Assembly: GCA_963674865.2 (NCBI GenBank)
Contig: CAXXYE010000004.1
Span: 512,001 to 576,000, forward strand
Reading direction: 5' to 3'
From: Candidatus Hydrogenedentota bacterium
GTDB lineage: Bacteria > Hydrogenedentota > Hydrogenedentia > Hydrogenedentales > SLHB01
Length of the DNA stretch: 64,000 bases
In this document: piece after piece, positions 9,025 through 18,617 of the stretch
How positions within the stretch are numbered: position 1 is the stretch's first letter
Layout of the letters: each line of letters opens with the position of its first letter
The notes under the pieces: generated by a model
Told to the model about the DNA's origin: nothing
What the model saw: the letters and a program-made list of their open reading frames with translations, nothing else
The model's database searches: none
Position numbers and translations under genes: made by a program

Positions 9025-10606
9025 TGTCAAGACTCTTTAGAAATGTCACATGTTGGGACTCATTAGAAATGTCCTATGCTCGATGGTTGCAGAAGCGAGT
9101 TATCCAAGGTCTGTGGTCAGGTGCGTAGCAGCTGTCCCCAGACCGTCATATCCACATCCAGCGCGAAGCGCGCGGGCGCATAGCGCTCGTCGAGGATGTG
9201 GATATGTGGGTAACTCGCGTGCTCACCTTTCTTTTGCGTTCATGAGAGGTAGGCGTTGGACGTTGGGCCGCCAGCGCTTGTAGGGCGCGGGGGGAGCGTT
9301 CTTCTTCTTGGGCTTGGCGGGGGGCTGGACCTGTTGGACTCGTTGCTGCCCTTCTCGTTTGTATTGCTTGACCGTGAGCCTGCGGTAGTCAAGGTCCTGG
9401 TCTTTGTAGAGCAGCCTGATGCCGCCGTGCAGATGGGTGCGGACCAGAATCCTGTCTTTGGGCCGGGGCAGAGGACTGTTGTTCTTGAGGATTTGGTAGT
9501 AATGATTCCCGAAACGGACGGTCCAGTCGTTTTGGACGACGCGCAGTTCCTCGAAGCAAAAAATGTCATGCAGCTCAAGGCCTTTGGGTGGAGGACGGTG
9601 ATAGTCCAGTTCCTCACGGGGCGCAATGGCGAACTTGGCGTTCAGAGCGTCACAAAAGCTTTCGTAGAGCAGCTTGTCGGCGGTGGCGATGGTGGTGATG
9701 CGCCGCAAGGCGAGTTCCTTGACGAACCGGTTCTGGTATGTGCCGTTGGAGCGCTCGACGCGGCCTTTGGCTTGAGGCGAAGTCGCGGGGATGATGACGA
9801 TTCCCAGCTTATAGCAGGCCTCTCCGAATTGAGTCAGCGGCTCGCGCCCCGCCAGTTGCTCTTCGAGCGTGGGCTCCCGGCCGGTGATGTAGACGTTCTT
9901 TCGGTCCGTATACAGCGCCCGAGGAATACCGTATTTCTCGATCCACCGCCACAGAAGCTGCATGGCGGCCTGCTTCGTTTCTTGCTCGGCCATGAGCGCC
10001 AAGGTTTCTCCTGTGGCGTCATCTATCATGTTCATCAGACAAGTTTGGCCTTGGTCCGGCCCGAACCAGTGGTGGTGACTCCCATCCATCTGCACCAGCT
10101 CTCCGAAATGGGCTCGCCGCTCCCTGCGGGAGCGATGCCGGCGCCCGGTGTCTCCCTTCGCCCAGAGCCCCTGCTCAAGCAGCCAGCGCCGTAACGTCTC
10201 GTGGTCGATGCACAGGCCTTCCTCCGCCAGCTTCTCCGCGGCCAGGGTCGGCCCCAAATCGTGTTCTCTATAGCGTTCCTGATAGCGCCGAAGGACTTTG
10301 TCCCGGAACGCGGCAGGCTTGGCTCGATTAGACGCCCGGCCCCGGTTGCGATGCACCAACCCCTCATCTCCCTCTGACACGAAGCGTGCGTGTATCCGCA
10401 GCGCCTGCCGGTAGCTCACTTCCATGCGCCGCGCCGCTTCCGCCAGGGTCATATGCTTTCCCACAACAAGCTCCAACAACGACTTACGCATCAATTCCTT
10501 GCGACTCATCTTCAAATGCCCTTCCACGGCAGCCCTCCAAGTGAAAGGCTCCAATTGTGACATTTCTAATGAGTCGAGGGGGTGACACTATCAAAGAGTC
10601 GCGCCA
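9025..10606 (-). mobile_element. IS1202-family (formerly ISNCY) insertion sequence with 17-bp flanking direct repeats
   Basis: Ends TGTCAAGACTCTTTAGAAATGTCAC and (reverse complement) TGGCGCGACTCTTTGATAGTGTCAC; a second subterminal repeat at each end (9057-9073, 10557-10575); TCGTCGTCACAGATGCC duplicated at 9008-9024 and 10607-10623. Confidence 0.88.
9223..10527 (-). CDS. DDE transposase (IS1202/ISNCY type, integrase core domain)
   Basis: N-terminal HTH (LAEAARRMEVSYRQALR); catalytic LVQMDGS, LYTDR, KGRVER; probable GTG start at 10527 with GGAGG RBS. Confidence 0.92.
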   Translation of the reverse strand: MEGHLKMSRKELMRKSLLELVVGKHMTLAEAARRMEVSYRQALRIHARFVSEGDEGLVHRNRGRASNRAKPAAFRDKVLRRYQERYREHDLGPTLAAEKLAEEGLCIDHETLRRWLLEQGLWAKGDTGRRHRSRRERRAHFGELVQMDGSHHHWFGPDQGQTCLMNMIDDATGETLALMAEQETKQAAMQLLWRWIEKYGIPRALYTDRKNVYITGREPTLEEQLAGREPLTQFGEACYKLGIVIIPATSPQAKGRVERSNGTYQNRFVKELALRRITTIATADKLLYESFCDALNAKFAIAPREELDYHRPPPKGLELHDIFCFEELRVVQNDWTVRFGNHYYQILKNNSPLPRPKDRILVRTHLHGGIRLLYKDQDLDYRRLTVKQYKREGQQRVQQVQPPAKPKKKNAPPAPYKRWRPNVQRLPLMNAKER

Positions 10607-10700
10607 TCGTCGTCACAGATGCCTTGACACCGCGTCCTCGTGTATCATATCCGTCGCCGGAACCAGCTCCATCGACACCAGGCAATACACTGTTTTGGAC

Positions 10701-11429
10701 GTGAATTACGACGACATCGCGGATTCGTATGACGACCACCGCCGGGCCGGGGGGCCGTACATCCCTCCCCTGGCGGCGTTGGCCCGTGCGGCGAACGCGC
10801 GCCGCGTGCTCGAACTCGGCTCAGGCACCGGCAACGGTACCTCCGCGTTTCTCAACGCCTATCCGTGCGCGTTGACGGGGCTCGAACTCTCCGCAGGAAT
10901 GCTGGACAAAGCGCGCAAGAAGCCTATCCCGGCACGCTGGGTGCGCGGCTCGGGCACACACATCCCGCTCGCCGACGCCGGCGTGGATTTCGTCTTCGGC
11001 TGCTATGTGCTCCATCACGTCCCAGACCTCGAAGTCCTGCTGCGCGAGTGTGCACGCGTCATCGGCAAAGGCCGGGCCGCTTTCGTAACAGCCTCCCACG
11101 AATTCATCGAGAACTATCCCATCAGACGCTACTTCCCGAGCTTTGTCGCCATTGACAAGGCGCGTTTTCCAACCGTCGAGCGTATCCAGGAAGCCCTTGC
11201 TGCCTCAGGCTTTGAGGCAGTCGACGTCGAGACAATCATTGCCCCGCGCGGCCCCATAGACCACGCCTACGCCGAGAAGATCGCCTCCAAATTCGTCTCC
11301 ACGTATCGCCTGCTCCCCGAGGCCGAGTTCGAGGAGGGCCTCAGGCGTCTCAGGGCGGACCTCGAACCTACGGGCCGCCTCGACCTCGAGTTCACCTACG
11401 AGGCAACCATCGTGTGGGGCGCCAAGTGA
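10701..11429 (+). CDS. Class I SAM-dependent methyltransferase
   Basis: YDDIADSYD, VLELGSGTG, GLELSAGML, YVLHHV. Confidence 0.88.
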   Translation: MNYDDIADSYDDHRRAGGPYIPPLAALARAANARRVLELGSGTGNGTSAFLNAYPCALTGLELSAGMLDKARKKPIPARWVRGSGTHIPLADAGVDFVFGCYVLHHVPDLEVLLRECARVIGKGRAAFVTASHEFIENYPIRRYFPSFVAIDKARFPTVERIQEALAASGFEAVDVETIIAPRGPIDHAYAEKIASKFVSTYRLLPEAEFEEGLRRLRADLEPTGRLDLEFTYEATIVWGAK

Positions 11430-11442
11430 ACGGCGAAGCGCC

Positions 11443-12480
11443 ATGAAGAAGGTCCGCAAGAAGCGCAAGAAGCGGGTGAGATCGCGGGACTGGCACACCG
11501 AAGGGGACTTCGCCTTCTCCCACGACCGCGCCAAGCACTTGCGGACGGGCAGCATTCCTGAGGAGGAAGAGGCGCCGTTGGGCATTCCCGAGGGGCAGGC
11601 CCCGAACGGCCTTGTGGTATCCATCGCCGGCCCTTGGGCGTCCGTGCAAATGGGCGACGAGGAGCCGCTTTGCCGGATTGACGAGCGGATGATGTTTGGC
11701 CGCTCCTCGGTACTGGCGCCTGGCGACGAAGTCTTCGTCGAGCCCGAAGAGGACGCCCTGTTCATACGGGCCTCCGCCCCCCGGCGAACCAAACTGAGCC
11801 GCCCGGCCATCCAAGGCGGCCGCGTGCGCGAACAGATCATCGCCGCGAACGTGGATGTGCTCGTGATTGTCGCGTCCGTACTGCGCCCGCGCTTCAAGCC
11901 GGGCCTGGTAGATCGCTATCTCGTCGCCGCGGGCGTGGGGGGCGTGACGCCCCTGCTGTGCATCAACAAGCTCGACCTCGTCGAGGAAGAGCCCAAGGAA
12001 ATCGCTGTCTACCGCGAGGTGGGCCTTCAAGTAATCGCCACAAGTTGCCTCACCGGCGACGGAATCGAGGAATTGCACGACGCCCTGCGCGGCAAACTGA
12101 GCGTGCTGGCCGGCCATAGCGGCGTCGGCAAGTCATCCATTCTCAATGCCATGGACGCCAGTTTGGACATCCGGACGCGCGAGGTGAGCGATTACAGCGA
12201 AAAGGGCAAACACACCACCTCCGCCTCACGCTTGTACAACCTGCCCGGCGGCGTTCGCGTCATCGACACGCCGGGCATCCGCGAACTCGGCCTCTGGGGC
12301 GTCAGCCACGAGGAACTCACCTTCTTCTTCCCCGAGATCGAGGCTCTCGCCCCCCAATGCCGCTTCCGCAACTGCACCCACACCCACGAGCCCGAATGCG
12401 CCGTCCGCGAGGCCGTCGACGCCGGCGAGATCACCCGCCTCCGATACGAATCGTACCGCCGCATCCACGAGAGCCTCTAA
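11443..12480 (+). CDS. rsgA: Ribosome small subunit-dependent GTPase A
   Basis: Circularly permuted GTPase: NKLD, GHSGVGKSS, GKHTT, DTPG; C-terminal CRFRNCTHTHEPEC. Confidence 0.95.
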   Translation: MKKVRKKRKKRVRSRDWHTEGDFAFSHDRAKHLRTGSIPEEEEAPLGIPEGQAPNGLVVSIAGPWASVQMGDEEPLCRIDERMMFGRSSVLAPGDEVFVEPEEDALFIRASAPRRTKLSRPAIQGGRVREQIIAANVDVLVIVASVLRPRFKPGLVDRYLVAAGVGGVTPLLCINKLDLVEEEPKEIAVYREVGLQVIATSCLTGDGIEELHDALRGKLSVLAGHSGVGKSSILNAMDASLDIRTREVSDYSEKGKHTTSASRLYNLPGGVRVIDTPGIRELGLWGVSHEELTFFFPEIEALAPQCRFRNCTHTHEPECAVREAVDAGEITRLRYESYRRIHESL

Positions 12481-12546
12481 TTCATGGGCTAAACCACCGG
12501 CTCTGCTGGTGAGAATTGATCAGACTCTACTTCCAGCGTTTTCTGC

Positions 12547-12717
12547 TGACTGGATAACAGGATGTAGAGTACATCTTGATGGGCCAAGCCCTTTCTCGGG
12601 AGAGGGGCCGCCACGCGGCCTGCATGCCGTTTGGCCACAAACGGCCGGCACGATGATTATCCGCGCTTGGCTTCTGCGGATGAGATCCAATCCTGCGAAT
12701 CTTGTACATCCTGTCCA
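12547..12717. repeat. GACAGGAT-family inverted pair enclosing about 125 bp of non-coding DNA
   Basis: TGACTGGATAACAGGATG (12547-12564; one mismatch to the GxxExxY left IR) and AATCCTGCGAATCTTGTACATCCTGTCCA (12689-12717). Confidence 0.7.
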
Positions 12718-13228
12718 AAAGCTCCTCGGCCCTTCCTTTCAGCCATCCCCAAGTCACCAGCACCGCTGCTAGACATCGACTCCGCGTCCCCGCGACGAAT
12801 GACACCGTCGTGGCGCGAGTACTATTCGGCGAACTCTTGGGATCTGCAATGAAGTGAGATAGAGTATTGACTGTCCTAAAGGAAGAAGCTAGGCTCTAGG
12901 CGTGAATCGGGCAGCGCGCGCCAAGCTGCCGGGATTCCCGCCACCTAACGCAACGCAGGAACCGGCGGGGAATATCGCATTGGCACACAAGGCCACACGG
13001 CGGTAAGGATGATGACGGCTTAGACGGCATTTACCGTAGCACGAAGGCGTGTAGGCTTTGCTCGTCCCCTGGACAATCCCTGCGCCTCCGCCGCCGCGTA
13101 CCGCGTAGGTGTCGCGAAACCGAGTATCGAGGACGTTCAACGCCGCCGGCCAGGAGTGAGTGGGAGTCTGTGTAGTCTATCTCCTATTGGGCTGGCCCTT
13201 ACGACAACACCAAGGGAGGGAGAACGGG

Positions 13229-13717
13229 ATGGCGCTTGACGCAAGTCCGAGCCACAGTATCTTCAGAAAAGTGGCCGGGCCGAAGTTCTATCTCAGGCTA
13301 TCCACGATTGCTCTTGGCGGGACTGCACTTGGATTCGTAGGATCAATGCTCACATCCGCGACTTCATGGGAAAGCCTCTTGAACGAGTTCTGCGCTCCCG
13401 GAACCTGGCGGCGGGGCCTCGTGATTCTAGCCACACTGACGATAGTCCTTCTAGTTTTCGCTTTCCGAAGAGCCGCAACGCAGGTTGTGCTAAACGACGA
13501 CAGACTCCTGTTGAAGTCAATGCCCGGCGTCCGCGCCGTTTGTTGGGCTGAGGTATCTTCGGTGGCCTTAACGCGTGGGAGCGGCGGCCAGGTGGAGTCC
13601 ATCTTGCTGTGCTACGGTGAGGCGAATAGACTACGCCTCCGCGGCTATGACAACATGGAGGCCATGGCAGAGGCCATGCGTCTGCGCATGCCCGGCCAGC
13701 ACATCGTCGAGGCGTAG
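13229..13717 (+). CDS. Hypothetical membrane protein (two TM segments plus a PH-like C-terminal domain)
   Basis: GGGAGG RBS; two hydrophobic helices followed by a ...VCWAEVSSV pattern reminiscent of bacterial PH domains. Confidence 0.55.
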   Translation: MALDASPSHSIFRKVAGPKFYLRLSTIALGGTALGFVGSMLTSATSWESLLNEFCAPGTWRRGLVILATLTIVLLVFAFRRAATQVVLNDDRLLLKSMPGVRAVCWAEVSSVALTRGSGGQVESILLCYGEANRLRLRGYDNMEAMAEAMRLRMPGQHIVEA

Positions 13718-13917
13718 GCGACGTCGGGGAGACGGAGGGGATACAAGGTAGACAGAGCGGCATGGCGCCTGTTCGCGGCCCAATCCCTCGGAGCGGCTGG
13801 ACTTGCGGCGATACATGGCCCGTGTGGCAGCCGGTTGCGTACCTTTGTTTGTCCTTGCTTGGCTCTGATTCATAGGGGACGCGGAAGTTCCGGCAACTAC
13901 CTCAAGGGAAATGGCTC

Positions 13918-14547
13918 ATGAAACACAAACTCGGGAAGTGCGTTGCTGTGATTCTGATGGTGGCGCTGACTGCCGGCGTATCGAGTTACCTGACTCGACA
14001 CGTGCTCTGGAAGCAAGGCTATCGTCCCCGCTCCAAGATAATCGAGGGCGGAATGGCTTATGGCTCCCCTGGCCCAAGTGGGGCGGTGGAAAACGAGTTC
14101 TTCGGGGATGCTGCAGAAGTGAGAGCCTTCTGGATGATGAAGGCCTGGCACGATGAGCCTTATGAGATGTTCTGCACGCTCAGTGACTATGACGAGACAG
14201 GCAATCCGCGGTGCTGGACCATGCGTTGCGGGGATATACCGAAACAGACTGTTGACTATTTCTACTACAAGGGAGAGGGGGCTGTGGTCCACGCGCTCAT
14301 CCTACCGGGAAAGGAGCCGGGCGCGGGATTCATGTACGAAGATCTGGATGGCGACGGGAGGCTGGACGTGGCGAAAGACCAGACAGCCGGAAAGAAACAT
14401 GTCCTTGTGGAAAATGTTTGGGCAGAAGTTGTAGAGGAGCAAGAAGGCAGCGCAAGTCTAGAGGAAGCTCGAAGGGCAAGCGCGAAGTTCAGCGGTGAGC
14501 AAGTGCATGTCGTGTTTCGAGATGGTGCCTGGCTCTTGCCTGACTAG
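13918..14547 (+). CDS. Hypothetical membrane-anchored protein, paralogue 1
   Basis: N-terminal TM/signal; YEDLDGDGRLD motif. Confidence 0.7.
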   Translation: MKHKLGKCVAVILMVALTAGVSSYLTRHVLWKQGYRPRSKIIEGGMAYGSPGPSGAVENEFFGDAAEVRAFWMMKAWHDEPYEMFCTLSDYDETGNPRCWTMRCGDIPKQTVDYFYYKGEGAVVHALILPGKEPGAGFMYEDLDGDGRLDVAKDQTAGKKHVLVENVWAEVVEEQEGSASLEEARRASAKFSGEQVHVVFRDGAWLLPD

Positions 14548-14593
14548 ACTCGCCGAGTGCGCCAAGTAGGTGGAGGATGCATAGGTGTTAGAG

Positions 14594-15274
14594 ATGGAGA
14601 AGCAACAGCCCATACGCAAGAGACATATCGCGGTGGTGGCGTTGTTGGCTGTACTGCTTGGCATTGCGGGCGGATATGGGCGCGTACGCTACGCTGAGTC
14701 CAACATGAGGCCATTCTATGAGCACAAGGTCGAGAATGGCGTTCGCGTCCTCATGACGCGCCTGTCGCAATTAAGAACTGTCGAAACGAGCTGTGGGCCT
14801 GATCCAAAAGATGGCGCAAGAAACTGGAACGTCCTGATAAACGCCACTGCCGGGCCCCTTGCGGAGTACATCGGGGCGGACTATGATTTGGACGGCATTG
14901 TTGATCTGTTCATCCTTTCTCTGAAGTGGCCGGGCAAAGACCAGGATTTTACGAGATTCGAGTACTTGCAGGCCTCGTCACCGGACGATCCGGCGCGTTT
15001 AGGCTCCGTGCTGCTAGAGCTTGGCGATCAGCCAGAGCCGGAGAAGCGGTGGCTGTATGAGGACACAAACCTAGACGGACGAATTGACAGGCGAGCCCGG
15101 TTTGACGGGAAGACGCTCCTTAGCGTGGAGATTCTCTATGCTAATGAGTGGCTGGATGTCCAGCCGTGCAGTTTCGACACAGATGGGCCGTTCACCGTTC
15201 ACACTGGAGATCGGACGTTCACCTGGAACAGCGGCGAGTGGGCTCCAGTTAGCGGTGGTGAAGGACAGAGTTGA
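14594..15274 (+). CDS. Hypothetical membrane-anchored protein, paralogue 2
   Basis: N-terminal TM; DYDLDGIVD and YEDTNLDGRID motifs. Confidence 0.7.
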   Translation: MEKQQPIRKRHIAVVALLAVLLGIAGGYGRVRYAESNMRPFYEHKVENGVRVLMTRLSQLRTVETSCGPDPKDGARNWNVLINATAGPLAEYIGADYDLDGIVDLFILSLKWPGKDQDFTRFEYLQASSPDDPARLGSVLLELGDQPEPEKRWLYEDTNLDGRIDRRARFDGKTLLSVEILYANEWLDVQPCSFDTDGPFTVHTGDRTFTWNSGEWAPVSGGEGQS

Positions 15275-15340
15275 TCTCTCGGCGGTGGCTGTCCACCTTC
15301 GACTGGTGCTCTGCAGTTTGGAAGTGAGAGGGGTTTCGAC

Positions 15341-15988
15341 GTGCGACGAGGACTGCGTCTCCTTGCTTACCTCCTGATCGCTATCGTTTCATACTACGTT
15401 ACCGTGGTTGTGGCCGGGCGTGTGATATTCAGCCGCATGGAGCAGCAAGCGGGCTACACGCGGGACGACCACGGATATGTTCTTCGGATTCCGGATTCGG
15501 AACTCGGGGTGATCGAGACCGGTACAGATACGTCGGGCGACGGTAAGCAAGACACGTTGGCCGTTCAGATCGGGACGGACCCAGACCATCTCGTATGGTT
15601 CGTTGCCCACGACCCCGACTCGGATGAGTGGATGGACACGATGTCCTTGTATGTTGGCCAGGACGGCCGCTATGCGTCTTTTGACGAAGGTCGGTTTGAC
15701 GAGGTCTCCACTGACTCTTACCAGCAGGTTACCCTCGGGAGCTACACACGGGAGGGCGTGTATTGGATATACGAAGACGTTGACTTCGACGGCGATTTCG
15801 ACGTCATGCGGTTTAAGGAGGATGAGAATCCCGTCCGCACTCTCCTGCGAGTTGGGAAAGAGTGGCTCGAGGAGGACGACTCACCTGGAAACCCTCCTTA
15901 CAGCGTCCGGCTGGCGGATGGGACTACTTGTGAAGCTGTCTTCGACTATGACAGGCGGAGTTTCGTGCTGCCCGGGGGGCCAGAGTGA
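15341..15988 (+). CDS. Hypothetical membrane-anchored protein, paralogue 3
   Basis: N-terminal TM; DTSGDGKQD and YEDVDFDGDFD motifs. Confidence 0.7.
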   Translation: MRRGLRLLAYLLIAIVSYYVTVVVAGRVIFSRMEQQAGYTRDDHGYVLRIPDSELGVIETGTDTSGDGKQDTLAVQIGTDPDHLVWFVAHDPDSDEWMDTMSLYVGQDGRYASFDEGRFDEVSTDSYQQVTLGSYTREGVYWIYEDVDFDGDFDVMRFKEDENPVRTLLRVGKEWLEEDDSPGNPPYSVRLADGTTCEAVFDYDRRSFVLPGGPE

Positions 15989-16049
15989 CAGGGAGAGAAT
16001 AGAGGACGGAGTACGTGATTTTCCCGCCTGAAGCAGCTTGGCTTGGGCC

Positions 16050-16121
16050 ATGAGTAGGGCGGCGCGAGTGGTGCTACCGGGACTTTCTCAGCACACAAGC
16101 CGGCGCGGGGACCGGCGGGGA
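16050..16121 (+). pseudogene. Degenerate N-terminal fragment of a REP-associated tyrosine (Y1) transposase
   Basis: MSRAARVVLPGLSQHTSRRGDRR resembles the RAYT N-terminal pattern MxRxARxxxPGxPHHVTQRGNxR. Confidence 0.5.
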
Positions 16122-16196
16122 TGTCGCAATGGTGCACAAGACCACACGGGGGCGAGAATGGTGACAGCTTTGACAGCATTCAGCGTGGCACGAAGA

Positions 16197-16802
16197 ATGG
16201 CCGGCCCTGCGGCTCGACACCTTTTGTTTTCAGGCAAGAACGTGGCCGGTAGGCTACTGATTGTCGTAGTCTTGCTGACGGCTGGGTGCTGGCCGGCGAG
16301 CTTTCCCAAGCTGGTAACTGTCGACGTTTCGAACTACAAGGGCGACGGGCAGATCTCTATTCTTGGCTCGAATCCAATAAACCAAGGCTTCAAGATTGAG
16401 TTCGACCGCATGGATCTGCGCTCCAAGTTCTCGAAGACATACGAACTTGTTGACTTCCCGCACATGGAACAACTTTATGAGTTCGGGCTCTACGTGAAAA
16501 GTGAGCGTAATGATCTTGAAGATGATCTTAAGGGTGTGATGTCGTTCACCGTGTCAGCGCCGGAAGGCAAAACCATCTGTCGGGGCGCGGCGCCATTGGC
16601 GGAATGGACATATAGCAACTGGTGGTACGAAGGTTACAACCACTACTTCGTCTACTTGCACGAAGAGTCCAACAGCTCTTGCGCGGAACCGGAAAGTGTA
16701 TCGGGGACGGACGGATTGTCTCTGATCGTCGAATATGACCCCAGGGGCACAACGCTGGACACGTCAGGGGTGATCCAGCTGAAAGTCGGCGGCTTCTACT
16801 GA
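16197..16802 (+). CDS. Hypothetical lipoprotein
   Basis: LLIVVVLLTAGC lipobox; start uncertain (ATG 16197 or GTG 16242). Confidence 0.6.
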   Translation: MAGPAARHLLFSGKNVAGRLLIVVVLLTAGCWPASFPKLVTVDVSNYKGDGQISILGSNPINQGFKIEFDRMDLRSKFSKTYELVDFPHMEQLYEFGLYVKSERNDLEDDLKGVMSFTVSAPEGKTICRGAAPLAEWTYSNWWYEGYNHYFVYLHEESNSSCAEPESVSGTDGLSLIVEYDPRGTTLDTSGVIQLKVGGFY

Positions 16803-17183
16803 GGCAAGGGGCCGGAATCCTGGGACGCTCTGCGACGGATCGGCTGATGTCTTCTCCCTGCCGCCCTTCCTTCCTGAACGGTCCTGGCGCCCTTCAAGAC
16901 TGCTTCTCCCACCCGCAAAGGCGTTGTCTCAGCGCGCTCCCGTGCAACGATGATGAGGGAGAGGGTATCCACTCATCAAGGGACTGAAGACCCATTCGCC
17001 GCCCAATGCCCTGTCGGCCTTTGAGTTACAGAGGACTTGCGCGCCTCGTATTGCGACAGGGCTCTTGATGGTGGCCAAAATTACTGATTGTATATTCAGC
17101 CTTTTGTTGTCACAAACCCCTTTCCCTAGTGGTATCGCGAATGCTATACTAACCTTTGGCACAATATATAGTAGGAGCCACGC

Positions 17184-18617
17184 GTGAACGGATCGAAACG
17201 GAAAGTCCATTTCATAGGTGTCGGCGGGATCGGTATGAGCGGCTTGGCCGAGATCCTGCTCAATCTAGGCTATGAAGTGTCGGGCTCCGACCTCAAGTCA
17301 TCTGAGATCACGCGCCGCCTCGCCGGACTTGGCCTCGACTTCCACGAAGGCCATGCGCCGGGCCACATCGGAGACGCAGGGATCGTCGTCGTATCGGCGG
17401 CGGTGCCTGGCGACAACGCAGAGGTGCTGGCGGCGCGGGAACGCGGCACGCCCGTGATTCATCGCAGCGACCTGCTCGCCGATCTGATGCGCCTCAAACC
17501 GAACGCCGTCGCCGTCGGGGGCACGCATGGCAAGACTACGACCACCTCGATGGTTAGCGCCATCCTCGATCAGGCCAACTTCGGCGCGACAAGCATTGTA
17601 GGCGGGATTCTCCACCGCAGCGGCACCAACGCCCGCTGGGGCACCGGAGACTACCTCGTCGCCGAGGCCGACGAGCACGACGGCTCCTTCCTGCGGCTCC
17701 ATCCAACCATCAGCGTCGTGACGAACATCGACGCGGAACACCTCGAATACTACGGCACCCTCGACAAGATTAAGCGCGCCTTCACCGATTTCTGCAATGG
17801 CGTGCCCTTCTACGGCTACTCCATTGTCTGCCGCGACGACGCGAACACCCGCGACATCCTCGACGCCATCGATAGTGTGTGCATCACCTATGGCATCGAG
17901 GAGGGAGCCTCACTCGTCGCCTCGAACATCACCCTCGAAAAAGGCGCCGCAGTCCAGTCGAGGGCGGCCCAACTCGGCGCGCTCCGGACGCGCTTCGACG
18001 TAACCTCCTCGGACGAACGGCTAGGTGCAACGGGCCGCCTGGGCACGCTCGAAGTCAAAGCCCTCGGCGCACACAACGTTCGCAACGCCCTGGCCGCATG
18101 CGCCGTCGGCCTCTGCCTGGGCATGCGATTCAGCCAGATCGCCGAGGGCCTCCGTATATACGACGGCGTCCAGCGCCGCCTCCAGGTGTGCGGCGAGATC
18201 GGCGGCGTTACTGTCGTCGAGGACTACGCCCACCATCCCACCGAGATCGCGGCCACGCTCGACGCCGTGCGTTGGATCGAGCCTGAGCGGCTGATTTGCG
18301 TGTTCCAACCTCACCTTTACAGCCGCACCAAGTTCTTCTGCGATGAATTCGCCGAGGTCTTGAGCCGTGCCGATCGCGTGATTGTCACCGACATCTACCC
18401 GTCGCGGGAAGCGCCCATGCCCGGCGTGGATTCGGGCCTGATCGTCGACGCCGCCCAGCGTCAAGGCGCTCGACACGTCGCCCTCATCAACGACATGCAG
18501 GCCGTGCCCGGTATGCTCGCTCCCGAACTCGACGCCGGCGACCTCGTGCTCGTGCTCGGAGCCGGAAACATCAACCAGATCGGCCGCGACCTGCTAACGG
18601 CATTGAAGGAGCGATGA
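17184..18617 (+). CDS. murC: UDP-N-acetylmuramate--L-alanine ligase
   Basis: HFIGVGGIGMSGLA, GTHGKTTTT, EADEHDGSF, EDYAHHPTEI, FQPHLYSRT. Confidence 0.97.
   Translation: MNGSKRKVHFIGVGGIGMSGLAEILLNLGYEVSGSDLKSSEITRRLAGLGLDFHEGHAPGHIGDAGIVVVSAAVPGDNAEVLAARERGTPVIHRSDLLADLMRLKPNAVAVGGTHGKTTTTSMVSAILDQANFGATSIVGGILHRSGTNARWGTGDYLVAEADEHDGSFLRLHPTISVVTNIDAEHLEYYGTLDKIKRAFTDFCNGVPFYGYSIVCRDDANTRDILDAIDSVCITYGIEEGASLVASNITLEKGAAVQSRAAQLGALRTRFDVTSSDERLGATGRLGTLEVKALGAHNVRNALAACAVGLCLGMRFSQIAEGLRIYDGVQRRLQVCGEIGGVTVVEDYAHHPTEIAATLDAVRWIEPERLICVFQPHLYSRTKFFCDEFAEVLSRADRVIVTDIYPSREAPMPGVDSGLIVDAAQRQGARHVALINDMQAVPGMLAPELDAGDLVLVLGAGNINQIGRDLLTALKER

Noticed and set aside
13160..16802. Integron cassette array
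   Set aside because: No attC-like RYYYAAC...GTTRRRY structures seen between the ORFs and no integron integrase.
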